Below, one piece after another: positions 47,003 through 56,770 of a stretch of 64,000 nt of DNA. The translations under genes and the position numbers were made by a program. This DNA is from an uncultured Francisellaceae bacterium (lineage in GTDB: Bacteria; Pseudomonadota; Gammaproteobacteria; UBA6186; Azoamicaceae). The number at the start of each line of letters is the position of its first letter. Positions within the stretch are counted from its first letter, which is position 1. Below the pieces are notes generated by a model. That model saw only the letters and a list, made by a program, of their open reading frames with translations. It made no database searches and was not told the origin of the DNA. Location of the stretch: positions 33,842 through 97,841 of the forward strand of contig CAMFJH010000002.1 in the NCBI GenBank assembly GCA_945956915.1, in the 5' to 3' direction.

Positions 47003-48385
47003 TTACAATTTTAACCAGCTGTTCACATGGCAAATATCTTGAGGGCTTAATATACCGGCATAAAGCTTTAAGGTTAAGCTTTGAATGATATAAGCATATC
47101 GAGCTTTTGCATAACTTTGCTGCGCTAAAATAAGATTCGTTTGGGAGTTTAGCACGTCTACAATAGTTCGTGTGCCCACATTAAAGGAAGCTTGAGTTGC
47201 ATCTAAAGCACTTTGGTTGGATACAATGGCTTGCTTTAAAGCTTCAATTTGTGCAATTTGAGAAAGAACTCCTAAATAAGCTTGTCGTGTTTGGCTTTCT
47301 ACATTTCGATAAACCACTTCGGCTCTTTTACTGTCTTGTTCATATAAATAAGCGGCTTGTCGCGTTTTAGAAACCACAGCTCCACCACTGAAAATAGGTA
47401 CCGATAATTGTACACCCAGGGTCGATGTTTTTGCTGGTAAAGGGTTAAGCAGCAAGGTATCTGTGTTAACAGCAGAAGCTCCTGCAGAGATAGAAGGATA
47501 GTTATTGCTACTGACATTGCCCACCATATTCACAGTGGGTAAATGACCTGCTGCTTGTAATTCGATATTTTGCTGAGAGACTCGCGCATTGTACTCAGCC
47601 GCTTTTAATCCCCAATTGTTTTGCAAGGAATAATCAACCCATCGTTGAATGTTAAAAGGATCAGGAGGGGGCAATTTGAGTACATCTTTTAGAGGCACTA
47701 CTTTGTCTACTTTCTGGCCAATAATTTGTTGTAAAATTTGTTTTTTATTTTCCACATCATTGGCCGCTGCAATCACCAATGCATTAGAGTTGTCATGACT
47801 GGCTTTTGCAATTTGAACATCGGTAATCGCAATAAGACCCACATTAAAGCGTTGTTGGGTTTGATCTAGGAATTTTGCAAAAGCATCTCTTTGAGCGGTA
47901 GCGTATTTTAGGGCATCTTCTGCTTGTAAAATATCAAAATAGGCTTGGGCTGTTCGTAAAATAAGGGTCAGTTCAACATCCGCATAGGTTGCACAGGCGC
48001 CCTTATCTATGTTTTTAGATTGTGCATATTGCACCCAGTTCTGATAATTAAAAATAACTTGATTCAAAGATAAGGTATAAATATTGTTCGTAAAACCTTG
48101 TAATTGATTTTGGTTAGTGTGCGTGGCCAGTTTTGAAGCCGTGCCAGAAAGCGTGGGTAAAAAATTAGCCAGTGCTTGATATCGGTTTTCAAAGGCTCCC
48201 AACTCTGTACCTCTTGCCGCTTGTAATGCGGGATCATTATCTTCTGCCATTTGATAAACAGTCAATAAATCAAAAGCACGGGGAGTAGCAGCATATCCCA
48301 TAGGACTGAGCAGTGTACTGATACAGACTGTGAGAGTCACACTGATTTTGTGTAATCTTTTGCGTCCAGGCTTCACTTTTTTCAT
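47003..48385 (-). CDS. tolC: Outer membrane efflux channel TolC
   Basis: Two-repeat OEP architecture. LLTVYQMAEDNDPALQAARG...; the ORF extends to 48409, and the ATG at 48385 (MKKVKPG) follows AAGGA. Confidence 0.85.
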   Translation of the reverse strand: MKKVKPGRKRLHKISVTLTVCISTLLSPMGYAATPRAFDLLTVYQMAEDNDPALQAARGTELGAFENRYQALANFLPTLSGTASKLATHTNQNQLQGFTNNIYTLSLNQVIFNYQNWVQYAQSKNIDKGACATYADVELTLILRTAQAYFDILQAEDALKYATAQRDAFAKFLDQTQQRFNVGLIAITDVQIAKASHDNSNALVIAAANDVENKKQILQQIIGQKVDKVVPLKDVLKLPPPDPFNIQRWVDYSLQNNWGLKAAEYNARVSQQNIELQAAGHLPTVNMVGNVSSNNYPSISAGASAVNTDTLLLNPLPAKTSTLGVQLSVPIFSGGAVVSKTRQAAYLYEQDSKRAEVVYRNVESQTRQAYLGVLSQIAQIEALKQAIVSNQSALDATQASFNVGTRTIVDVLNSQTNLILAQQSYAKARYAYIIQSLTLKLYAGILSPQDICHVNSWLKL

Positions 48386-48395
48386 ATTGCGTTCC

Positions 48396-49067
48396 TTAAA
48401 TGAAATCAAAGTAATTTAGATGGGGCGCGTTTATTAAAACAGGAATTTCTGTTTCAAACAAGGCTTGTTCTCTAAACCTATCTTGACTAAGACGAGTGAT
48501 TAAAAAAGCAGTCATGATAGAAGATTCTCCTACCACTGCAAATAAGCGACCATTAATAGATAACTGCTCTCTTAATGCTTTGGGTAAAACGGGGACGGAG
48601 CCGCTTAAAACAATGGCATCAAAAGGCGCTTTAGCAGCAAATCCATGAATACCATCGTCTACTTCAAGTTCTGCATTGCAGACATTAAAAGAACGAAGGT
48701 TTACCTTAGCTTGACAACTAAGTTCTTGAATAATTTCTAGACTGATAACTTTGCGGCAAAGCCGAGCGAGCAAAGTAGTTAAATAACCAGTTCCCGTGCC
48801 TACTTCTAATACAGTTTCGTGTCCATGCAATTTAAGCGCTTGCAGTAATCGACCGACTATTTTAGGGGGTAATGTAAGCTGATCATAGCCAATCGGTAAA
48901 AGCGTATCACTATAGGCCAAATGCTGGTATTCCTCGAGTATAAAGGGTTCGCGGGGTACAGACAACAATAATTCTAGAATATTGGGATCGAGCACGTGCC
49001 ATGGACGTATTTGTCTTTGCACCATGTTCAGCTGTTTAGCACTCGCACTTTTCATCGGATTTTCCAA
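48396..49067 (-). CDS. Protein-L-isoaspartate O-methyltransferase-family protein
   Basis: VLEVGTGTGYLTTLLARL SAM motif. PCMT-like length. Located upstream of tolC. Confidence 0.75.
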   Translation of the reverse strand: MENPMKSASAKQLNMVQRQIRPWHVLDPNILELLLSVPREPFILEEYQHLAYSDTLLPIGYDQLTLPPKIVGRLLQALKLHGHETVLEVGTGTGYLTTLLARLCRKVISLEIIQELSCQAKVNLRSFNVCNAELEVDDGIHGFAAKAPFDAIVLSGSVPVLPKALREQLSINGRLFAVVGESSIMTAFLITRLSQDRFREQALFETEIPVLINAPHLNYFDFI

Positions 49068-49133
49068 TCATCTATGGGCTTCTTCCTTGATTTTGAAGGC
49101 TGTTTTGAGTATAGAGCTAAAAAAAACACTTGT

Positions 49134-50042
49134 CTAATGAGTCGTCTCTTCTCGCTTGCCCACATTTTCTTCAATAAAATGTAAAATGGCATGTGCAATA
49201 TCGATTTCACAAACTTTTTCAATGGTTTCAAAACTAGGAGAAGGGTTAACATCTAAAATTAAGGGTCCTTGTTTAGATCGTATCAGGTCGACGCTGGCCA
49301 AGTTTAATTTTAAGGCTTTTGCAGCTTTAATCGCAAGTTTCTTTTCCTGTAAAGTCATCTTGATAGGGCAGGTTTTATCCGAGCGATTAGAAGCTTCATA
49401 GTGTCCATGAATACTTGATTCCGTTGCGGTTCGTTGAATAGCACCCACCACTTTAGTACCAATGACCAGACATCGTATATCCACACCCCTTGCTTCATCC
49501 ACAAATTGTTGCACAAGAATATTTGCTTTTAATTGTTTGAAAGCATTAATCACACTTAAAGCAGCTTGCTGTGTTTCTGCAAAAATAGTGCCTTTTCCTT
49601 CTGTACCATCTAGTATTTTTACAATCAAGGGAGGACCGCCTACCACTTCAATTAATTTTTCCGATTCTTGTGGGGAATCCGCAACCCCTGTAATGGGTAA
49701 GGGTAATCCTCTTTTGGCTAAAATTTGTAAAAGACGTAGCTTATCTCTTGACCAAGCAATCGCTACGGCACTGTTGGGTGTGTACACATCTTGCATTTCA
49801 AATTGTCTTAAAATCGCTGTGGCATAGAAGGTATGTTTTGGGCTTATACGGGGAATAATCGCATCTAAGTTTTCAAAGGTTTCTGGATATCTATAATAGA
49901 CTTCAGGTTCTGTGGCTGAGATTTTCATATAACAGTAAGAAGTAGAAATCATTTGCACATCATGGCCGCGTTCAGCACCCGCTTGTGCTAAACGCGTATG
50001 ACTATAAGCGCCTGGATTATGCGTTAAGATACCAATTTTCAT
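49134..50042 (-). CDS. rimK: RimK-family alpha-L-glutamate ligase (ATP-grasp)
   Basis: MKIGILTHNPGAYSHTRL...GGPPLIVKILDGTEGKG...DIRCLVIG. Confidence 0.85.
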   Translation of the reverse strand: MKIGILTHNPGAYSHTRLAQAGAERGHDVQMISTSYCYMKISATEPEVYYRYPETFENLDAIIPRISPKHTFYATAILRQFEMQDVYTPNSAVAIAWSRDKLRLLQILAKRGLPLPITGVADSPQESEKLIEVVGGPPLIVKILDGTEGKGTIFAETQQAALSVINAFKQLKANILVQQFVDEARGVDIRCLVIGTKVVGAIQRTATESSIHGHYEASNRSDKTCPIKMTLQEKKLAIKAAKALKLNLASVDLIRSKQGPLILDVNPSPSFETIEKVCEIDIAHAILHFIEENVGKREETTH

Positions 50043-50524
50043 GGATATTCTGTACCATATAAACGAGTAATTTGGCGCTTGGAATATTTACCTTGGTACA
50101 GTTTTTTCCCAGGTTCGATTAAAAAATGATGTGCGAGCGCATCTCTACCTAATAGCATACGAAAAGCTAAGGGTTCTCTATTGGTAAGTGAAATATCAAT
50201 CTCCCATTTTAAGGTGCCTAACAGAATATCGGTACGAATCACATAACGCAGTTCTTTGTATCCACCCGAATTCATAATCACACGGTGATCAATCACATGT
50301 GCAGTACATTCTATTTCCAGATCCTCTCTTCGTTGCAAGGGATGCACTTTAAAGTGTGCAAATAATTCTCCATGCCGATGAAAAGGTCTAATATCGTATG
50401 CATGAAGGGCAGAAGTTTTAGCGCCGGTATCAATTTTGGCTTTAATAGCCGGTAAATGTAATTTAGGTAAAGCACACCACTCTTGCCATCCAATTAATAT
50501 ATCAGAATCCTGCTGTAAATTCAT
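50039..50524 (-). CDS. RimK-associated retropepsin-like / 'ATP-dependent zinc protease' family protein (DUF785)
   Basis: IGWQEWCALPKLHLPAIKAKIDTGAKTSALHA. 4-nt overlap with rimK. Confidence 0.75.
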   Translation of the reverse strand: MNLQQDSDILIGWQEWCALPKLHLPAIKAKIDTGAKTSALHAYDIRPFHRHGELFAHFKVHPLQRREDLEIECTAHVIDHRVIMNSGGYKELRYVIRTDILLGTLKWEIDISLTNREPLAFRMLLGRDALAHHFLIEPGKKLYQGKYSKRQITRLYGTEYP

Positions 50525-50732
50525 AAATTTAACTTAAGTAATCCGGCTATCCTATGTTATTAAACCTTGTAAGCAAATCTTAGGTTATTTTTTAGGGTTA
50601 TGCAATCCTTTTATCTGTTTCAAATAGAAAGAGGTATTTGTTGATTAAAAAAGTATTTACCTTTTCATTCTTTTGATTTATGATTGGTCTTCGAACTTAG
50701 AAGCTATACAATTAAAGTGGTTGGAGATAGTT

Positions 50733-51395
50733 ATGAATAAAAAGTTAGTTAGTATTGTTATGTCAGCTGCTACTCTATTAAGTGGTGTGGCTTTTGCAGA
50801 TTTTGATCCACAATTTTATGTGGGTGCCGAAGTTCAAGCAGGTCATAAAAAAGGTGAAAAAAATGTTCCTGCAAAATTAGGCAAGACGCCTGTAACCCTT
50901 TATGGAAAATCTAAAAATGGTTCTGCACAGAGCCCACTCCATCATTCAGCAACTGGCGGAAGTTTGTTTGTAGGTTCTCGTGTGAATGAAAATTTTGGTG
51001 TGGAAATAGGGGCTTCTGCCTTAAGAACTGAAAAGAGTAAAAACATTAGTTTAAACAATAATGTTTTACCAGGTTCTGAAATCTCCATCAAAAATAGCAA
51101 TATTTATGCAGATGCCATGGGCTATTTACCCGTTGATTGCGCACTTGATTTGATTGGTTCAGTGGGTGTTGGCCAACTTTCTACTAAAATCAGTGGAAAA
51201 GCAGTATCATCAACAACCAATGCTAATGAAAAATTTTCAGGTAAATCAAGCAAAGCTGGAGTTCGTGCAGGTTTGGGTGCTCAATATAAAATCACCGATA
51301 ATCTCAGTACTCGTTTGATGGTACGCTACCAAAAAGGTAATAGAATGGTGAATAACACCATGTCTACTGCCCTTGGTATGTTTTATCAATTTTAA
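50733..51395 (+). CDS. Small beta-barrel outer membrane protein, paralogue 1
   Basis: Signal peptide MNKKLVSIVMSAATLLSGVAFA. Alternating beta pattern. C-terminal GMFYQF. GGAG RBS. Confidence 0.75.
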   Translation: MNKKLVSIVMSAATLLSGVAFADFDPQFYVGAEVQAGHKKGEKNVPAKLGKTPVTLYGKSKNGSAQSPLHHSATGGSLFVGSRVNENFGVEIGASALRTEKSKNISLNNNVLPGSEISIKNSNIYADAMGYLPVDCALDLIGSVGVGQLSTKISGKAVSSTTNANEKFSGKSSKAGVRAGLGAQYKITDNLSTRLMVRYQKGNRMVNNTMSTALGMFYQF

Positions 51396-51427
51396 TTAAA
51401 ATAAAATACTATTTTTCTTGTATAGCG

Positions 51428-51452
51428 AAGGGCCCTTAGGGGCCCTTTTTTT
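51428..51452 (+). terminator. Rho-independent terminator
   Basis: GGGCCC-TTAG-GGGCCC followed by T7. Confidence 0.75.
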
Positions 51453-51543
51453 GTAAATACTTTTTTATTTACCTTTTTATTTTTTTGAGTTATCATCGGC
51501 CTACATAAGTAGAAATTAGACAATAATATCATTGGAGATAGTT

Positions 51544-52122
51544 ATGAATAAAAAATTAGTTAGTGTTCTTGTTTCAGCTGCTACGCTATTAAGCGGTACA
51601 GCATTTGCGGATTTTGATCCACAATTTTATGTGGGTGCTGAAGCACAAGCAACGCATCTACATTTTAAAAATAAAAAAAATACGCTAAAGCTTGTAAAAA
51701 AAGCATGGTGGGGTGGCGGTGCATTCTTGGGTTCACGCTTTAATGAGAACCTGGGTGTTGAGCTGGGCTATGCTTTAATAGGTAAAAAAACTGCAACAAA
51801 TGCACAAAACACATTTAGAGCTAGCTCGAAGAGGAAAAATGCTTATTTTGATATCATGGGTTATTTGCCAATAGACTGTGCAATGGATTTAATTGCTTCT
51901 GTAGGGGCAGGGCATACCACAGTGCATAAAAAGTCAAAGTTCTGGCAGGGGAATACGTCTTGTCAAAATAAGGATTATTCGACTAAGGTTCGTGTGGGTG
52001 TAGGTGCGCAGTATAAAGTTACTGACAATATCGGTGCACGTCTTATGTTGAATTATCAACCGATTAAAGGCGAAGTGAAGTATTTGACCTCTGCTAGATT
52101 AGGTATGTTTTACCAATTTTAA
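51544..52122 (+). CDS. Small beta-barrel outer membrane protein, paralogue 2
   Basis: MNKKLVSVLVSAATLLSGTAFADFDPQFYVGAE... and a C-terminal GMFYQF. The ends are shared with paralogue 1 and the middle is divergent. Confidence 0.75.
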   Translation: MNKKLVSVLVSAATLLSGTAFADFDPQFYVGAEAQATHLHFKNKKNTLKLVKKAWWGGGAFLGSRFNENLGVELGYALIGKKTATNAQNTFRASSKRKNAYFDIMGYLPIDCAMDLIASVGAGHTTVHKKSKFWQGNTSCQNKDYSTKVRVGVGAQYKVTDNIGARLMLNYQPIKGEVKYLTSARLGMFYQF

Positions 52123-52156
52123 TAAGTTTAATACTAAAATTTTTCCTTCAATAAAA

Positions 52157-52181
52157 CAAAAGGGCCCCTAAGGGCCCTTTT
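52157..52181. terminator. Bidirectional Rho-independent terminator (OMP gene / hppA)
   Basis: AAAA-GGGCCC-CTAA-GGGCCC-TTTT between convergent genes. Confidence 0.7.
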
Positions 52182-52202
52182 AAATTTCGCAAATAAAGCT
52201 TC

Positions 52203-54299
52203 TTAGGCCTGATGTGCAAGTATTGCTAACAACAACAGCGCTACAATATTGATGATTTTAATCATCGGATTGATAGCAGGGCCTGCGGTATCCTTGTAAG
52301 GATCGCCAACGGTATCCCCGGTAATAGCAGCTTTGTGGGCTTCTGAACCTTTACCACCATGATGACCATCTTCGATATATTTTTTAGCATTGTCCCATGC
52401 GCCACCACCAGAGGTCATGGATATCGCAACGAATAGGCCCGTTACAATGGTGCCCAATAACATAGCGCCTAAGGCTGTAAAGGCTTCGGCTTTTCCTGCA
52501 ATGTGGAAAATCACAAAGTACAGAACCACAGGGGCTAACACGGGTAGTAAAGAAGGTAAAATCATTTCACGTATGGCTGTTTTTGTCAGTAAATCAACTG
52601 CAACGCCATATTGAGGTTTTGCTGTTCCTTCCATAATGCCGGCAATTTCTTTAAACTGACGTCGCACTTCAACCACGACTTGCCCACCTGCACGCCCTAC
52701 AGCCATCATGCCAAAAGAAGAGAATAGATAAGGGAGTAAGCCACCTACAAATAATCCCACAATCACAAAAGGATCTTGAAGTGTAAATGTGATGTCTAAA
52801 GAAGGGAAGTAATGGCTAAGATCCCCAGTGTACGCAGTAAAGAGCACTAAAGCAGCCAGTCCTGCAGAACCAATAGCATAGCCTTTGGTGACGGCTTTAG
52901 TGGTGTTGCCCACTGCATCTAGCGCATCGGTGACAACACGTACTTCTTTGTCTAGATTAGACATTTCTGCAATACCACCGGCATTATCTGTAACTGGACC
53001 ATAAGCATCCAAAGCTACAATCATACCCGCAAGCGCTAACATGGTGGTTGCGGCAATCGCAACGCCAAATAAACCGGCTGTGATATAGGTAAACAAAATG
53101 CCACCGCAAATGATAAACACCGGTAAAGCGGTAGATTCCATAGAGATAGCAAGACCCTGAATAATATTAGTCGCATGTCCTGTGAGAGAAGCTTTTGCTA
53201 TGCTGTGTACAGGTCTATAAGCCGTAGAAGTGTAGTACTCGGTTACCCAGACTAAAAGGCCTGTGATCGCCAAGCCTGCTAAGCTACAGTAAAAAAATGA
53301 AGTACCGTTCAAGGCTAGGCTACCTACATGTAAGGTTTCATTCATGCCGAATAGGGCTTTGGTGACTCCCCAAATAAGGCCAGCTGATAAAATACCTGTT
53401 ACAAATAAGCCTTTATAGAGTGCCGCCATAATATTTTTGCTTGCCCCTAAGCGCACAAAAAAAGTACCGACGATAGAACCCACAATACACACCGCTCCAA
53501 TGAGCAAGGGGTAAAGCATCAATTTTTCTTTAATCGCTGCTGAGGCTAACAATCCAGCCAATACCATCGTTGCTACGATAGTTACCGCATAGGTTTCGAA
53601 TAAATCTGCAGCCATACCTGCACAATCACCTACGTTGTCGCCTACGTTATCGGCAATCACTGCTGGGTTACGTGGATCATCCTCTGGAATACCGGCTTCA
53701 ATTTTACCCACAAGATCAGCACCTACATCCGCACCTTTGGTAAAAATACCACCGCCCAGACGCGCAAAAATGGAAATTAAAGAAGCGCCAAAGCTTAAGG
53801 ACAATAAAGCTTCTAAAATAGTGCGTTCGGGTAATGCCAGTTCTTGTAAAACAAAAAAGTATAAAGCAACGCCTAAAAGCGCAAAACCCACTACCAGCAG
53901 GCCTGTCACAGCACCCGCTTTAAAGGCAATATTTAAAGCAGGAGAGATACCTTGTCGTGCGGCTTCAGCTGTGCGTACATTGGCTCTTACAGAAACATTC
54001 ATGCCAATATACCCTGCAAGCCCTGAAAGCACGGCGCCAATGGCAAAACCGATAGCTGCATATAACCCTAAAACCCAATAAAGACCTAGCCCGATGAGAA
54101 TACCCACGAGCGCTATCGTTTTATATTGCCTATTTAAGAAAGCAGTCGCACCTTCTTGAATGGCCCGTGCAATTTCGCGCATACGATCGTTACCGGTAGG
54201 TGCTTGAAAAATAATTCTGGCTGCATAGACACCATAAGCTAAGGCAAGTAAACTACCCAGAAGAATAAACAATTGAATTCCAAAGAGACTTTCGAACAT
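52203..54299 (-). CDS. hppA: Membrane-bound proton-translocating pyrophosphatase
   Basis: 698 aa, polytopic. [48 protein letters not shown]. Confidence 0.93.
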   Translation of the reverse strand: MFESLFGIQLFILLGSLLALAYGVYAARIIFQAPTGNDRMREIARAIQEGATAFLNRQYKTIALVGILIGLGLYWVLGLYAAIGFAIGAVLSGLAGYIGMNVSVRANVRTAEAARQGISPALNIAFKAGAVTGLLVVGFALLGVALYFFVLQELALPERTILEALLSLSFGASLISIFARLGGGIFTKGADVGADLVGKIEAGIPEDDPRNPAVIADNVGDNVGDCAGMAADLFETYAVTIVATMVLAGLLASAAIKEKLMLYPLLIGAVCIVGSIVGTFFVRLGASKNIMAALYKGLFVTGILSAGLIWGVTKALFGMNETLHVGSLALNGTSFFYCSLAGLAITGLLVWVTEYYTSTAYRPVHSIAKASLTGHATNIIQGLAISMESTALPVFIICGGILFTYITAGLFGVAIAATTMLALAGMIVALDAYGPVTDNAGGIAEMSNLDKEVRVVTDALDAVGNTTKAVTKGYAIGSAGLAALVLFTAYTGDLSHYFPSLDITFTLQDPFVIVGLFVGGLLPYLFSSFGMMAVGRAGGQVVVEVRRQFKEIAGIMEGTAKPQYGVAVDLLTKTAIREMILPSLLPVLAPVVLYFVIFHIAGKAEAFTALGAMLLGTIVTGLFVAISMTSGGGAWDNAKKYIEDGHHGGKGSEAHKAAITGDTVGDPYKDTAGPAINPMIKIINIVALLLLAILAHQA

Positions 54300-54377
54300 G
54301 TGTATACCTCAATTCACAAACAAAAAAAATAGATGATCACTGGATTGTGATCCTTCACTTACTATACACTGTTTCCT

Positions 54378-54944
54378 ATGTTAGCACGAGTCTTTTTCAC
54401 ACTGCATATGGCTTGGCGCCAACGTTCTACGCTTCGAGACTATAATCGAGAGGTATCACTTCAAGTTGAAGAACTGAAATATCTCAATATTATGGGTTTA
54501 AAGGCAGAAGGTGTGCAAATTTTAGTCTTAGATTTTGATGGAGTCTTAGCGGCACATGGAGAAAATACACCCTCAAATAAATTATTTGACTGGCTAAAAA
54601 ATTGTGTTCATCTGTTTGGAAAAGAGCGTGTTTTTATTTTATCAAACAAACCTACCGATCTTCGTGCAGATTATTTTAGAAATTATTTTCCAGATATTGT
54701 TTTCATGCCTATCGCCAAAAAAAAACCATATCCAGATGGCTTAGAACAGGTGGTTGCTAAAACAGGCTTGTCGGCAAAAGCAGTCTTGATAGTGGATGAT
54801 CGTTTGTTAACGGGTATTTTAGCTGCCATTTTGGCTGGGACTCAAGCACGCTTACTCACAAGACCCATGATAAATTTTAGAAAAAATCCCATGGCTGAGC
54901 TGTTTTTTTGGTGTGTCAGAAAAGGAGAGCGGTGGCTTTTTTAA
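54378..54944 (+). CDS. HAD-superfamily (IIIA-like) phosphatase
   Basis: LVLDFDGVLA (DxD motif I), ILSNKP (motif II), IVDDRLLTGI (motif IV). Confidence 0.6.
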   Translation: MLARVFFTLHMAWRQRSTLRDYNREVSLQVEELKYLNIMGLKAEGVQILVLDFDGVLAAHGENTPSNKLFDWLKNCVHLFGKERVFILSNKPTDLRADYFRNYFPDIVFMPIAKKKPYPDGLEQVVAKTGLSAKAVLIVDDRLLTGILAAILAGTQARLLTRPMINFRKNPMAELFFWCVRKGERWLF

Positions 54945-55084
54945 GTTTTTTAGCTTGCAACTTAGCTATGGTCGCTGCTCCTAGAATAAATAAAAAATGT
55001 ACTATATAATAAAAAAAGAAAAAAAGTATCTAAAACATGCCTAGCACTTGATCATGGAAAAGCAAAGAAAAGAGGAGAAAAAAA

Positions 55085-55423
55085 GTGCCTTTTGTAGTGA
55101 CTGAAAATTGTATTCGTTGTAAATTTACCGATTGTGTAGAAGTGTGCCCAGTCGATTGTTTTAGAGAAGGTCCAAATTTTCTGGTTATTGATCCGGATGA
55201 ATGTATCGATTGTGCTTTGTGCGAACCAGAATGTCCTGCTAATGCAATTATGTCTGATAGTGATGTGCCTGCAGAACAAGAAGAATTTATTGCTTTAAAT
55301 GCCACTTTGTCTAAAGAGTGGCCGATGATTAACACCAACAAGGGTGGATTAGCAGATGCAGAGCGTTGGAAAGGCGAAGCAAACAAGCGACAATATTTGG
55401 AGCACAGCTGGGAAAAGAAATAA
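55085..55423 (+). CDS. fdxA: 7Fe (Azotobacter-type) ferredoxin
   Basis: [57 protein letters not shown] start. Confidence 0.9.
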   Translation: MPFVVTENCIRCKFTDCVEVCPVDCFREGPNFLVIDPDECIDCALCEPECPANAIMSDSDVPAEQEEFIALNATLSKEWPMINTNKGGLADAERWKGEANKRQYLEHSWEKK

Positions 55424-55433
55424 ATTATTTGCT

Positions 55434-55895
55434 TTATTTTATAGCTTGTGTGAGCTTAAAATAGGTTTGGAGCAATTGATCTTCCCACTCCAGGCGATGC
55501 GCTAACTGTTCACCAAGCTCTGAGAGGGCTTTGGACAGTCCATATACAGAGGGATTGTCTGCATAATTATCATTAAAATCTAAAGCAGTGAGCGTGGTTT
55601 TAGAAATTTTTTCCAATAAAGTTACATCTAAGCCGGGTTGATCTGGGGTGCAAATTTCTTTAGCTTGGGCAAGTTTTTCAAAAATTTCAAAATGTCCTGC
55701 AGAAATATAATCGACTAAAATTTGGCAAAATCGTTCTAAAAGGGTTGAATTTTCGCTGGCTTGGGTATAGAGTACGAGTAATTCTTGGCGCTCTTTAAGC
55801 CATGTATAAATAATGGCATCTATTTTTAACCACCGAGTACGTTCTATCTGGGTACTGGGTTCACTGTGTTGTTGGCTTGCTAATTGGGTAGTCAT
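55434..55895 (-). CDS. rsd: Rsd/AlgQ-family regulator of sigma D
   Basis: FCQILVDYISAGHFEIFEKL matches the Rsd core FCQSLVDYLSAGHFSIYE. Confidence 0.75.
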   Translation of the reverse strand: MTTQLASQQHSEPSTQIERTRWLKIDAIIYTWLKERQELLVLYTQASENSTLLERFCQILVDYISAGHFEIFEKLAQAKEICTPDQPGLDVTLLEKISKTTLTALDFNDNYADNPSVYGLSKALSELGEQLAHRLEWEDQLLQTYFKLTQAIK

Positions 55896-56239
55896 ACAAT
55901 TCAGTTAAAGCCAGAAGCGAGAGTAAGTCAAGGCTCTTGGCTTGTTTTATGATCAAAAAAAGAGAATGACTTCTTTTCTTTAGAGATAATGCTTAGGGTT
56001 CCTCCCAGATATCTCTTAAATTATTATAAGAAAAAAGCGATTTTCAAAACCAAATTATCTCTAAGACTTTGATAAATCTTTTTTATTCTGAATCTAGCCC
56101 TTTAGAAGGGGGTATACCTAAAATATTTTCGAAAATTAAGGGCTTGTGCTTTTTTTTTAGTTTGGATAAGCTGAAATTGTACCTAAGGAGTAGGTACAAG
56201 GATCAAGCTACAGGAACACAGCTGACAGGGATTGTCGAC

Positions 56240-56770
56240 TTAACTTTTAGGCATCGTTTGCCTAGCATTATTCTTCTTTTGTAAGGCGATGGCCCAAATA
56301 CTGCCTAAGGTTAGTACCGCGAAGCTGATTAAAGATGCTTCTGCAAGAGATAGGCCAAGAATGGTAAAGTTGACGATCGAGCACTCGCCCGAAGAAGAGT
56401 ATATCATTTTTAAAACATCTAACACCGGATAAACTTCTAACAGTCGATCTAAACCGGCTGTGCAAGAGGGAACTTCGCCCATAGGTAAATGTTGTAGCCA
56501 GATTTGCCTAGCACTGAGTAATATACCCATTAGGCCTAGTATTAAAGCACTCACGCTATAAAAATACCGGACAATCGTTTTAGAATTGTGGCAAGCGCCT
56601 AAAAGACACACTACAGCCATCCCCCAATAGACGATACGTTGCAAAACACACAAAGGGCAAGGCTCTATGTCGTAAAGGTTCTCTATCGCATAAGCGCTCG
56701 CCAGCACAGCTAGACAGCTAAACAAACCCAATGCGAAAATAAATTTTGGATTTAGAAAACGACTTGGCAT
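56240..56770 (-). CDS. dsbB: Disulfide bond formation protein B
   Basis: Four TM segments. EPCPLCVLQRI first-loop CxxC. Second Cys pair in the periplasmic loop. Confidence 0.85.
   Translation of the reverse strand: MPSRFLNPKFIFALGLFSCLAVLASAYAIENLYDIEPCPLCVLQRIVYWGMAVVCLLGACHNSKTIVRYFYSVSALILGLMGILLSARQIWLQHLPMGEVPSCTAGLDRLLEVYPVLDVLKMIYSSSGECSIVNFTILGLSLAEASLISFAVLTLGSIWAIALQKKNNARQTMPKS

Noticed and set aside
56177-56199. Perfect 9-bp hairpin TTGTACCTA-AGGAG-TAGGTACAA downstream of dsbB
   Set aside because: It is probably just the dsbB transcription terminator or an mRNA-stabilising stem. There is no flanking repeat family and no convincing U-tract, so it is too little to interpret.
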